DNA from: Mobula hypostoma
Taxonomy: Eukaryota
Direction: 5' to 3'
DNA length: 64,000 nucleotides
NCBI RefSeq assembly: GCF_963921235.1
Contig: NC_086108.1
Coordinates: 39,062,001 to 39,126,000, forward strand
The first letter of the stretch is position 1. Each line of letters opens with the position of its first letter. The notes beneath the pieces were generated by a model. The model was given only the letters and a program-made list of their open reading frames with translations. It had not been told where the DNA came from and made no database searches. Below are positions 10,796 through 22,844 of the stretch, piece after piece. A program made the position numbers and the translations under genes.

Positions 10796-13623
10796 CATAT
10801 GGGACTGGGTGGTAACATTGGCATGAATTGAGAACTGAGTAATATACAGCAGAGAATTTGAATAGGTTGTCTTCTTCAGTAAAAGGGTAGCAAATCTTTG
10901 GAATTCTGTTCCCAGGAGCCCGTGAAGGCTTAGTTGCCAAGTGGATGCTGACAGATTTTAAGATTTTAGGTACTCTTCATTTCTTTAACATTAGTGCCAC
11001 AAAATGATGCTGAGGTCACTATGCTCTTAATAAATGGCAGGTAATATGCAAGGTGTCAAAAGGCAAACTCCTGCTTCTATTTGTCATGTTAAAATATTTT
11101 GATAGTTTTGACTTTTAATTACTCTGATACACTTCAGTGAGCAACACACCTACAGATCTTCACTGCAGTTGTGCAACATATGGCCTACCACTAAGAAGCA
11201 GCACACTTTTAGAATCACTGAACCAATCATGGCTAAATAAGTCTTATCTTTTTCCCCATTCATAACTATTTCATATTGAAGACACAGAACTCTCAATGCA
11301 AGAATGATTCCGGTGATTTGCAATGGTCGACTTTTTCTTCAGTCTCACAGTTATTTAGAAAAGAGAAAAACAGAAATAAAATCACTGCACAAATAATCGC
11401 ATATAGCTGCACAATGAAATGAGACCAAATTTTCATCAAAATATAATTAGCAATAAACTGCACACTGAAAAAAAATGAAGGCAAAAATGCAGTCAAGGGA
11501 TGAGTAATGAGAAAATACAATCACTATAACTTAAATATTGAAGCTTTTTTTTCTGTGCTTCAGATAATGACTTGCTGTTTAATTACTCATTATACTTCTT
11601 TTAATAAAGATAACCAGCACAGTACAAGGCATCAGAGAAAACTAAGCACTACAGGTGATAAACCTTTACAGCAGTGACATTTTTCAGTGTAAAGTCACAG
11701 TTACTGTGATCTGATCAAAGAAAGGGACCCCCATAGGGTCCAATTACAGCCATATTTTTATGGAAAAATCATTGAGTTAAGATGTTCATAATCTATGCAG
11801 AAAGGACTTTACAATATAGGTCTTTTCCCAATAGCTGTGATCTTTTCAATTTACATCAAGGCTTGATGGCTACAGATGAAAGTTTTGAAATCCAACTCAT
11901 TTAGTGCTCTGGCTGCATATACCAAGCCTCATTAAGTATTTTCAATTAACTTCAGCACAGGTTATGAAGTACATAATCTGTATCTCTGTGGTGAGAAAGG
12001 TTAAAGAACATACAAATCCACTGGACTCTCTATGCCCTTTTAATTAGTATGACATGGAGGATTCATTCTGTAAACCATCAGATAACAAAATATCAGGATT
12101 TCTCAGTCTGAAAATTTTAACAGGTGCAATACACCAGTACATGTCGAGGGCAGATCCCACAAACAGTACCGTTGGGGATTAAAAAGAAATAATAGGGCAA
12201 TGGCAGTTAAACTATCTCAGAAGAAAGTTTCTCAGATGCCTAAGTGGAGAAATTTAATGATTTAACTGGAAATGAGGAAATGCTACATTGCCAAGGTTCG
12301 GAGATTTCAGAGCAGACTGTTTATTCCCACTTCTGTCTAAAAGGTGTCGTGTAGCAACATGCTTTTGGACAGAACAGCTACTGAAGGAAATTATACCCAT
12401 TGACAACGTAATATTGAAAACCCTGTTTCGAAACACTAGAAATATTAAAACTTAGTTTAAGATCTGCTTAGTTCATTAAAAAATCTGTAAGTAACTGCCC
12501 TATTAAATAAGGCAAGGAACAAAATTAAACAGCAGCAAAACTGCTTAGACTACACAATGTTTAAGCCTTGAATTTTGACACTGTATCATGTTATTTTGTA
12601 GCCTGAGGGTGAAGTGCCCAGCGAGTTTGTTTTTTGTCTTCTTTGGCCATTACACAGGAAGGCAGGCAGGACAGCAGACTCTTGGCTCCTGCTGACATCA
12701 TTAATAAAGCAACTAAAGACAAGGGAACCCTTAATTTCCCTCTTTAGTGAGAGTAACAAACTTAAAACAACCAAAACAAAGGTTCTTGACATTTTAGCAC
12801 AGGTCACCAGTATAAGCTGTGTTTCTTTAGATTTAATTCACTTTTATTTAATAGCCCACTTTCCAAGTGTTCCGAAAAATCTTATTCTTGGAAACCATTC
12901 TGGACAATGTTCTTTGACATTTATCAAAGGTTTAATGCAGAAAAAACATTAAAAACAAGAATAAAAACCTAAATGAACATGGTTTTCAAATATAATGATT
13001 CTTCTAAATATGCAGAAAGATTTTCCTGAAATGAGTTGTACAAACTTCTGTCTCAGAGGCAGAATTTCTGTGCTTGACCCCTTGCTGATGACCATAAGGT
13101 GAAGCCTTCATTGACTTGAAAGGAAATCAGGCACCATACCTATTGTTATATAACCTGATTTTCAAGCTTTCAGACAAAAGTTCTGCAGTCACATGAGAAG
13201 AATTTCAGCCGGCACGGCTTGAAACCTTCCTTACAAACCTGAATCTTATAATGATAAACTTCTTTCCTCAAGAAGGCAAGCTGAAGGATTTGCTTCCTGG
13301 GGGTCTACATGAACAGTGAATGCCATTGGAAGCAATGTTGCTGCAAAACAAATGCATCTGTGTATAATGTCAACAGTAATCCATTGTGATGATTTGGGTT
13401 TTAAGTGATATTTTTGATTAGTTACGTGCAGGGTCACATCAGAGATACACTAAAGTTGTACAGTCAGGATCAGCAAATTATGCATAAAGATGGTAGGTTG
13501 TTAGGTGTTCACCAACATCTTGAAGAATAAGCACCTTGCCTTGCACCACACATTCAGGTCTGTATTTTGTTAATTGATGCAAAAGTCAGTATCAAATGCA
13601 CATGCACTTCACATATCATTATT

Positions 13624-13734
13624 AAACATAGACTGTATTTTTTCTCCATAGATGCTGCCTGGCCTGCTGAGTACCTCTGGCATTTTGTGTGTGTTGCTCT
13701 GATTTCCAGCATCTGCAGATTTTCTCTTTTTTTG
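13624..13734 (+). mobile_element. Short PLE-derived pLTR insertion with TSD
   Basis: gactgta...ccatagatgctgcctggcctgctgag...ccagcatctgcagattt, flanked by acatatcatt(a/g)tt at 13611-13623 and 13735-13747. Confidence 0.75.
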
Positions 13735-14329
13735 ACATATCATTGTTGCCAGGGTCAACAGGCAACTTGTTGTGATCCGTTTGCCCATTTGCTACATGAG
13801 AAACAATTCCAAAAATTATTTCAGGAGATTCGAAGCAATAGACAAAAATCAAATTAAATCCTGGTGAGCCCAATTTGCATTAAATTTCCCCTGATTGAAA
13901 ACCAAATTTGTGTTAGGTTCTCAGAAATGTGAATTGATATTTAAAAGATTTTGAAAAAATTACAGCCAAATCATGAGAAGATGAAGGTGCAAAAATTGGT
14001 TTTGTTACTAGCATATGTCCCTTAACATATTTTGTATGGTTGTTCTCCTCCTCTTCAGAAAGTACTTTGGAAAAAATGCAGACTCAACTAATTCCTATGC
14101 AGTTAAATTAGATAGAATACCAAGGAACAGCAGTGAGTACAATTAATTTTAATGGTTTTAAGGAGGAGATAAATAACTACTCCAACATTATTTTGGTGAA
14201 ATGGCTGACAGGTGATTCTTGCTTCATATCACTTCAAAGCAAACTGCAAAGATGGAAGGATTTTATTTAATACAAGGTGTGCACAGGTGGCAAGAATATG
14301 TATACTTACATTTTAAAAGTTTCAACATC

Positions 14330-15005
14330 TATTAGCTAATGAGGCTTGCCAGGATGTTGCCTAGATTGGAGGACTTCAGTTATGGGCAAAAATTGGATAG
14401 GGCGTGCTTGCTGTCCCGCAAACTAGGAAGTTTGAGGTGGGAAATGACAGAAGTGTATAAGATTTTAAGCGGAAGAGACAGGAGTATTAAAAACAATTAG
14501 TCATGGGTTTAAGGAGAGAAGAAGTTTTAAACGGGATCTGAAGTATTTTTAGACCATAAGACCACAGATATAGAAGTAGAATTAGGCCATTTAGCCCATC
14601 GAGTCTACTTGGCTGACCCAATTTTCCTCTCAGCCCCAATCTCTTGCCTTCTCCCTGTAGCCCTTCATGCCCTGACCATTCAAGCATCTATCAATCTCTG
14701 CCTCAAATATATATAGAGACTTGGCTTCCACAGCTGCTGTGGCAAAGACTTGGCTTCCACAGCTGCCTGTGGCAAAGAATTCTGCAGATAAGAGAGTGGT
14801 TGATACCTGGAACACACTGCGAGAGGAAGTGCTGAAATAGACACAATTATTCATTAAAGAGACATTTAGATAGACACAAGTAAGTAAAGCACTGAAGGAT
14901 ATGGTCTTAATGCAGGCAAATGGGATTAATGCAGATCTGCAAAATGGTTGACACGGATGGAGTGGTACAAAGGGCCTACTTCACTGTTGTACAACTCTGA
15001 CTCAA
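14330..15005 (+). mobile_element. CR1 LINE 3' fragment with a second CR1 3' end nested in opposite orientation (~14550-14790)
   Basis: ccaggatgttgcctagattggagg...gaagtgtataagattttaa and ...ggtcttaatgcaggcaaatggga are CR1 3' motifs. The inner piece begins with a CR1-type tail in reverse orientation and carries a 29/30-bp tandem duplication at 14717-14775. Confidence 0.6.
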
Positions 15006-16783
15006 TGACTAATGGTCTTGATTTACTCTGAAAGTAAACTGCAAGCTGTTTTGAACACAGCTTTTCCTTAGCAGAATCCACTGCAGTGACAACCAAAAGC
15101 TGCAAAGTAAGGATAATGTTACAAATAAGGAAGCCAAAAAAATGATTGCAATAGGAAATTTCCAAGTTTGCATGTTCTCACGGCTTCACCTTATAACAGT
15201 AGAACAAGATTAGTGTTTTGTTAGTCATACTTTTTAATCAATGGTAAAGTTCGTGAAGCAAAATTTGATCAGGAGATTTTAGAGCTACATTAATGCAGCA
15301 ACATTTCAGCAAGGAAGTAGATGAACAGGTTTTCAGTGGCTAGTCACAATTATTATTCTTCATTTGGAAATACACAGTATTTCCTAAAGCAGAATGCTAT
15401 CAAGAAAAGTAATATTTCTAATAGTCCATAACTCTTAAATATTATGTGTGAATATCTGACAAGAGACCATTATTAAGATGGCAGCATACAACACAGCAGT
15501 GTGTCTACATGAAAACAGTTCAGTAATTCAGGACAACTGTGACCTGGAGACCTTTATGACAACTGAGACCAATATAAAAACTGACCTAATAATAAACTCC
15601 ATATGGACTAAAATCATTGTGGTATGAACTCACATGTAACTAAACATATCTTGTAACGGCTTTACTCAAATCAGGACAATACATCATAATTTTAAAAAAT
15701 TTCTTTATCTGGGAAGGGAGAGAAGAGTACAAAAATGAAAATAGTGTGCACAGACTTTTGTATATTTGATAAATTCAAAAGCAAAGCACTTACTGCTTGC
15801 TGTAAATTTACATGTTAATTATTAGAAAAGTGTAACAAATACTCACAAATGGGTACTTCTGTATAGGTATTGTGGTGTGCTATTTACAGTTTGATTACAT
15901 TTATACATTTAGTACTAATCACCTTGATTGTTAAAAAAGAAAAGTAGTGGAAGCAACACAAGATCAAAGTACAAATGCAGTTGACATCTCTTTCATCAGG
16001 CTTCACTGATAAAGAGACAGCCTTCTTTAACCGTCCATTAATTTAGACCAGTATCCTTTTGCGCCAAGTTAAAACTATCATTTTCTTTCTAAAATGAAAT
16101 CTAAGCAAAAGAGACAATTTTAAAACAAATAGGATATTTCCATTGGAAACATCTCAGTAAGTAGGTGGAAATAAAGTAAAATGCACTGGAAAACTACTAA
16201 TTCAAGGAAACGAATGTTTCAGAATACTGAAGATCAAAGGATCAATTTTGTGACCCCAACTGTAAAAGTATTACTTATTATATTGACCAGTGCCATCCGA
16301 GCATTAATTAAAGGAAAAAGAGCTGGCAGGTGGCAGGGAAACAGGAGCTGATAATTGGCCCCCTTCTTCTACTTGCCTTCACAACTCAACTCGTTCTTCA
16401 GCAAGAAATGCCACTAGGCAGACAGAAATGCATACTTTGTAATTTAATGATTAAGTATAAGATGAAGAGACTTACATTTTAAAAAGCTACAACTAATGAA
16501 TGGAGCTATCTTTCTGATCATGAGCTTCATTTACAATTGGCTGCACAGCTCAAAACCTCTGCAGCCATAGTCAAAATGCTGAAAATAATTCTGCTTTTGC
16601 AGGAGTCAATTTACAGCTCCTGACTTTCACAAGAAAAAGTAACAAATGAGATACTACTAACCGCTTCCTCCCACTCCCATCCCCACCCTCGCATCTACCA
16701 ATTTGTGATAACAGTGGAGATTTTATCACATTCGATGAGCTAATGAAATTTAAAAAAAAGCACTGCTCATTTTTTTTACTTAC

Positions 16784-16885
16784 CACTTCGCTCGGTAGAT
16801 TGTGAAGGTCATCAAATGGTGTTTCCAGTGTATTTGTATCTACATTTAATATAATCACATCTTCTAAAGCTTTACACTTCACCTT
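16784..16885 (-). CDS. DENND1B: DENND1B internal coding exon, 102 bp ([34 protein letters not shown])
   Basis: ttctattcaacag|AAG GTG...GAA GTG|gtaagt; 34 codons with the [12 protein letters not shown] motif of the DENND1 family. Confidence 0.95.
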
Positions 16886-18641
16886 CTGTTGAATAGAAAA
16901 GAGAAATGGTTCAGCATGGTTGTAAATAAGATTGCCTCATTTTCTCAAACAGGCCTATGGTCTTAAGAGTCGTGAGGTGACAGGAAACATCATTTTTGTA
17001 CAGTTGCCATGTCACCAGTCAGAAGTGCTCTCCCTGGGGACAGCATTCCATAAACTTGTGTGTGAGTGTTAACTGTCTGTATTTGGCAACTTTATGGCAG
17101 TAATACTCCTCTTACAGGTTGCAGTGCAAAGCCAGAGGGTTAAGGTCACTTCCACAAAATGAGTGACCATAAAATTGACTTTTTGTTAAATGTAAGGCTC
17201 AATTACAACCACAGAAATTTACTTTGCACTGAAATGAAATTTAATGCAGCTTAGTAAGCATGATTCCCAGTTTTCCATCTGCTGTTTAATATTTAAAAAT
17301 ATTTAATAATAAGAATGTTTAATATGAGTGCCAACTCACTACTTAGTAAAAGGAATATTTCAGCAGTACTCATACTAAGTCATCTTCATTTAAGTACACA
17401 AGGATCAACAAAAAAGGTGCAAAAACACATCAGACTGTTTACCAGAAGAAGCAGGAAGACGGTGTCTGAAAATAATTAAGTAAAGAATTATTAAATCATT
17501 ATTTAGTGACTGTTTTAGAAATGAAATTACAGGGGTATGTCAAGAGAAAAAACACATTTGAGTTAAAATGGGGGTATACAATGGAGCAGATTGAAAACAC
17601 TTATCAGAAGGAAACACATAATAAAAAGTTTAGGAAGTCAAAGGTAAAGAAAAAGGCTCCAGGCTCTGACAATTTTCATTTATGGGTCCTGGTGGAGTTG
17701 ACTGAGATTTTAAATGCACTCACTGAACAAGAGTTTTGCCATTTGTGGTTGGCGTGCAAAACTAAGAGGTTAAAGTCAAATTTGTTTCCACACTGAAATT
17801 AACAGATTTTTAATAGCTACGAAGCCTAAGGAACTGAATAAGTTGCAAACAGGCGAGTATGATAATGAAAGTCAAATAAAGGAAATATATGAGGGAGAAA
17901 TAAATAAGAGGCCAGGAATCAGCATCAACCATGAGGAAAAAGAAGCAGGTATGAACTATAGGTGCTGCTGGCCAGGCCACTGTTGACTGCCCATCCACAT
18001 TAACTGTGGTAAGCCATCCCTTTCTACCTCTGCAGTACATTGCTGACAGGTGGGACGTTCCAGGATGATCACCCAGTAACATGCAAGGGTCAAAAACATA
18101 CTTGCAAGACACAATATTTTCAGCTTAGAAGTAAGTTGGAAGTGGCCCATGTTCCTGCTTCCAGTAATAAAGGATGCTGTCAAAGAAACTTTGCTGATTT
18201 GTGTGTGGGGCATCTTGTAAATTAAACATATAGGGGAGCTATTTTGTTAGTTTTCCCTCATGTAGCAATTTTCTCTGCCTTATCTGATTGATCCTGAAGT
18301 TAAAAAAAACAAGGCCAAGATGAGATCCAGAAAGAAACTCAGACAAAGCTATTTTCCAAAGCAAGTTGTGGGAATGTGGAACTTGTTGCGACAAGGAGCC
18401 ATTGAGACAAATATTTTAAATGGAAGCTTTTAGTGGGAAATCATGCAAGAAGAGGAAATAGTAAATATGCTAAGTTAGATGATGAAGGAGGTTCAAGTGA
18501 ACATAAAAAATCATCTGTACATGGATTTGCTGTGCTACCTGCTTTTGTATCTGCTTTGTATTTTCTAGAATGCCACAGAAAAACAAACTGCTGCAGATCT
18601 TAATTAGATACAAGTTTTGAAAACAAAACTTTGAGGAAGTA

Positions 18642-20229
18642 CAGATGCAAGAGAAAGCTTGTGAATACTTTGCAGTTACCTGGTTTTCTGCATTAACTAC
18701 TCATAAAATGTCGTCTGATCTTCATCTACATCACAATAATAGACAAACACAATCTGCCTAGACAAATAACACACAAAAACTTGTACTTTTCATGTCTGTA
18801 TTGAACACATTGCTTAATCATTCACAGTCCAGGCTGGAAAAAGTATGTGAACCGTTGTATTTAATAGCTGGTAGAACCTCTTTTAGCAGCAATAACCTCC
18901 ACCAAACATTTCCTGAAGCTGCTGATCAGACTTGCACAATGGTGAGGAGGAATTTTAGACCATTCCTCTATACAAAACAGTTTCAGTTCATCAATATTTC
19001 TGGGACACCTTACATTAACAGTCCTCTTCAGTTTATGCCACAGCACCTCAATTGAGTTAACGTCTGGACTCTGACTTGGCCATTCCAAAAAACAAATTTT
19101 CTTCTTTTTAAGCCATTTTGTTGTTAATTTACTTGTGTTTCAGATCACTGTCTGGTTGCATCATCCAACTTCTATTAAGCTTTAGGTGACAGACTACTAC
19201 ACTGACATTCTCCTGTAAAATGTCTTGACACAATTTTTTGACACAACGATTGCAAGCTGTCCAGGTCCTGAGGTAGCAAAGCAGCCCCAAACCATGATGC
19301 TCTTTCCACCATGCTTCACAGTTGGGATGAGGTTTTGGTGCTGCTGTGCAGTGCCCCTTTTCCTCCAAACACAGCGGTGTGCATTTCTGCCAAAAAGTTC
19401 AACATTTGTCTCATCTGTCCGCAGAATATTGTCTCGGAAGTTTTGTGGAACATCCAGGTGGTCTTTTGCAAACTTGAGTTGCAGCAATGCTTTTTTTTTT
19501 GGCGAGCAGTGGTTTCCTCTGCCATGTCCTTCCATGAACACTATTCTTGTTCATTCTTTCTATTATAGTGGACACAAGTTCTAGAGACTTCTGCCCGTCT
19601 TTTGCTGTTACCCTTAGGTTCTTTTTCACCTCCTTCAGCATTGCATTTTGTGCTCTTGGTATGATCTTTGCAGGATGCCTATTCCTAAGGTGAGTAGCAA
19701 CAGTACTGAATTTCCTCCATTTGTAAACAATATCTCTTACTGCAGACTGATGTATGCTCAGGTCTTTAGAAATGCTTTTGTAGCCTTTTCCAGCTTCATG
19801 CATCTCTACAATTCTTGTAAGGTCCTCTGAAAGTGTTTTGATCAAAGCATGGTGCACATAAACAGATCTTTCTTGAGAAGAACAGGCTCTGTCAGTAACC
19901 TGACTTTGTGTGTGTCTTTTTTATAGGGCAGGGCACCTCAACAACCCACACACCCAATCTCATCTAATTGACTGGAATATCTGACTCCAAATAGCTTTGT
20001 AGAAGGCATTAGCCTAGTGGCTTACGTACTTATTTGAACCTAGACTTTGATTGTTTAAATGGTGTACTCAGTATTGACGAGAAGAAGTACCATTGTTTGT
20101 GTGTTATTAGTTTAGGCAGATTGTGTTTGTCTATTATTGTGACTTAGATGAAGATCAGACCAAATTTCATCAGTAATTAATGCAGAAAACCCAGTAATTG
20201 TAAAGGGTTCACAAACTTTTTCTTGCCTG
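18642..20229 (-). mobile_element. Tc1-family DNA transposon, near full length, transposase pseudogene (19857-18861)
   Basis: TA|CAG start. ~210-bp TIRs (18642-18855 vs 20020-20229). Paired-like N-terminus (LSEDLTRIVEMHEAGKGYKSISK) and DDE motifs (LRTDET, QPDSDLKH, WPSQSPDVNSIEVLW) are spread over several frames. Confidence 0.92.
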
Positions 20230-20613
20230 AACAGAAAACATCTTAAAGAAAAAAAAGGTCCACTTTGGTGTGAATACAAATGCAAACTTTGTGCTGGAAA
20301 CTGAAATCCATGTCCTACAGTTTGCTATGTATCTGCATTGAAATATTCATGTAATATTGAAGCAACCTGCCTAGCTTAAATAATTCTAGTTTCAGGCACA
20401 ACTGCAGTTTCCATCCCTGTGTCTGTCCATTTGAATGAAGGAAAGCAGCAAGGCCTCTATTTTCAAAGGTATCGCTTAGTTGCACTGGTTCAAGAGTGTG
20501 AGCTGTTGAGGGTAGTGGAATCTCTTCATATCTTCACATGATTTGAGAGTTTCAACTGTTTCCCAGCAGTAGAAAAAAAAAATCCATTCCTAAAAAAGAT
20601 CTGCTCTGTATAA

Positions 20614-20822
20614 CCACAAACAACAGAAAATCTGTAGATGCTGGAAATCCAAGCAACACACACAAAATGCTGGAGGAACTCAGCAGGCCAGGCAGCATCT
20701 ATGGAAAAGAGTACAGTCAACGAAGGGTCCTGATGAAGAGTTAGCCCGAAATGTTGACTGTGCTCTTTTCCTTAGATGCTGCCTGGCCTGCTGAGTTCCT
20801 CCAGCATTTTGTGTGTGTTGCT
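20614..20822. mobile_element. Fold-back PLE-derived insertion with 70-bp inverted arms and TSD
   Basis: Arms 20652-20721 and 20753-20822 are 68/70 complementary. Flanked by tgctctg(t/c)ataa at 20602-20613 and 20819-20830. Confidence 0.85.
20727..20758 (+). ncRNA. Degenerate minimal hammerhead motif
   Basis: GTC-CTGATGA-AGAGTTAGCCC-GAAA-TG-TT-GAC. Core boxes and stem I (GTC/GAC) are retained; stem II is damaged. Confidence 0.5.
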
Positions 20823-22798
20823 CTGCATAATGTGCATTTTAATCCAGTTTAAAACATCACATGATGTTTCCCTGGTTGCAGTCTCTTAAATCTGTTGTGT
20901 TTAACATAAGTGAATGATCAGTATGCAAGCTGAAATATTAAATTTTGAGACTGTAATGAGTCTCATAAATGGGCATTGGTTTCCTTTTCCTTTTACATGT
21001 ATGGTTTAAATCATTTACATGGCTTTCAGGCCAGATCATGCTCATCTTAAATTTGGGCATATTGCAACAGAAACAGATAACTTCTAGGTTGTGCACATGG
21101 AAGTGAAAACCAGACCTTAAAGTCTCTGCACCAAGCAAAGAGTATACAATATTACAGAGAATTAGAGGTGAAAGCTAGCTGATACAGTGTACTGGGAAGT
21201 AACTGGTGCAACAGAGCAAAACATGTTAAATTGCCAATGACAGCACAAAAACTATTTGTGTCAGTAATTTAAGTTACTTTCACCACCACACTGATTCAGT
21301 GTCTTCAACCTCAAGCATTAGCTCTGCTTCCAGCTTTGCCTGATCTGCTCAGATTTTTCAACTTTTTTTTTGTTTTTTATTTCACCTCTCTACCTTTTGG
21401 CTAGAACAAGTCAAGTTTGCCTTTAACCTTCACCTGGATATGTTAAATTGCCAGAATGCATTGTGGCCAGAAGCATTCAGGAGGCATCTAGACAGGGGCA
21501 TGCCAGGCAAGATATTGAGGGATATGGACCACATGCAGGTAGAAGTGCATTTTAAATTAGCATCATGGTTGGCACACACATGATGGCTGTTTCTGTTCCT
21601 GTGCTCTGCCACGCTCATGTGGTTAAAAGGCAACCCAATAATACAGCTCAGGGAACATAAAAGCAGTCCTGTTTCTCCACTCAGGTGAAAATCGTGTTTT
21701 ATAATTTGCACTTCAAGGTGCCTGCACCAACTTTTGCAATCTCAGATCCTGCCAGCAAAAGACAGAAAGTATTTTCTACTCATATATTTTAGGGATCTGA
21801 TGTCAGAAGCACATGTTCTCAGATCACGTATGGTGCAGATTAATCTGGAGTACTTCTCCTTTTATTCAGATATAACAGTGTGCCACAGAAAGCTTAATCT
21901 GGTACACCAGAGTGATGACTTTACTCTCTCCCACCTGCCCAACGGTCTCCTACATCATCCATCATGCTTCAAACCTACTGGGCAATGAATTGAGCAATGG
22001 CAGAGGAGACCAGTTCAGCTCTGAATATATTATAAATGAAATAATAATTTTCTCACTTAAAATAGCTTGAACACATCACTTAAAACACTTCCACACAGAA
22101 TTTTTGACAACATTCATATGGAATACACTGTTTCAGTAGTTAAACAAAACTACCTCAAGAAAAATCCCAAACATGGAATACAACTACTTTGTATTCCAGT
22201 TAATTTTCTACACTCTAAAATTAGTCAAGGCTACTCTGTAATCTAATGTCTGGTTTTTATTTTTTTTCTAAACTTTCTATGAACAATTCAAGATTAATGC
22301 CTTCATATCTAAACAATTACAGGCACTACATTTCCACTACTTCTATAATACTACCCACAGTGATATTATACCAAAACTCAAAGCATGGTAAGAAACTCTG
22401 CAAGCCCATCTTAACACCAGGGAATATGTTTGTATATTCCACAGTGGGTAATGTTCCTAAAAATCTAAGCACAGAAACATTAAGCAAAATAATTAAACAA
22501 AGAGTAGTATACTATTATAATACAAAATTGTTTTCTAAAATTAAGTATTTTCTGTTTCCCAAAATATCACAAAAGTGTTCCCATTTGTCATACCCAGGAT
22601 CTTTTTCCCCATCAGTAAAGTATATTATTGCACACCGTCAACATTTGCAACACAAGGCAGTGACAATATTGTTGGCACGATGTCTCTGACATTTAGTCAA
22701 CATTTGCTTCTGCCCTTCAGGCCACGTAATAAGATTTCTATTCTATGACTTAACATGTGCTCACGTCGCTAAATATAGTTTAGAAACATTCAACTTAC

Positions 22799-22844
22799 TT
22801 CCATTAAGCTCGAGTGAACGCCAATGAGATAGGGCATTGGGGCA
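22799..22844 (-). CDS. DENND1B: DENND1B internal coding exon, 46 bp ((C)APMPYLIGVHSSLME)
   Basis: ttttcttttccag|T GCC CCA ATG CCC TAT CTC ATT GGC GTT CAC...GAA|gtaagt. The first T completes the TG+T Cys codon from the previous exon. DENN motif APMPYLIG. Not in the ORF track. Confidence 0.95.

Noticed and set aside
14717..14775. 29/30-bp direct repeat, superficially CRISPR-like
   Set aside because: Only two adjacent units with no spacer, inside a CR1 fragment in a vertebrate genome. A simple tandem duplication.
22246..22689. 147-aa plus-strand ORF (similarly 26508-27008 and 60036-60542)
   Set aside because: No recognisable homology, antisense to the host gene and partly overlapping repeats. 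Consistent with chance ORFs.
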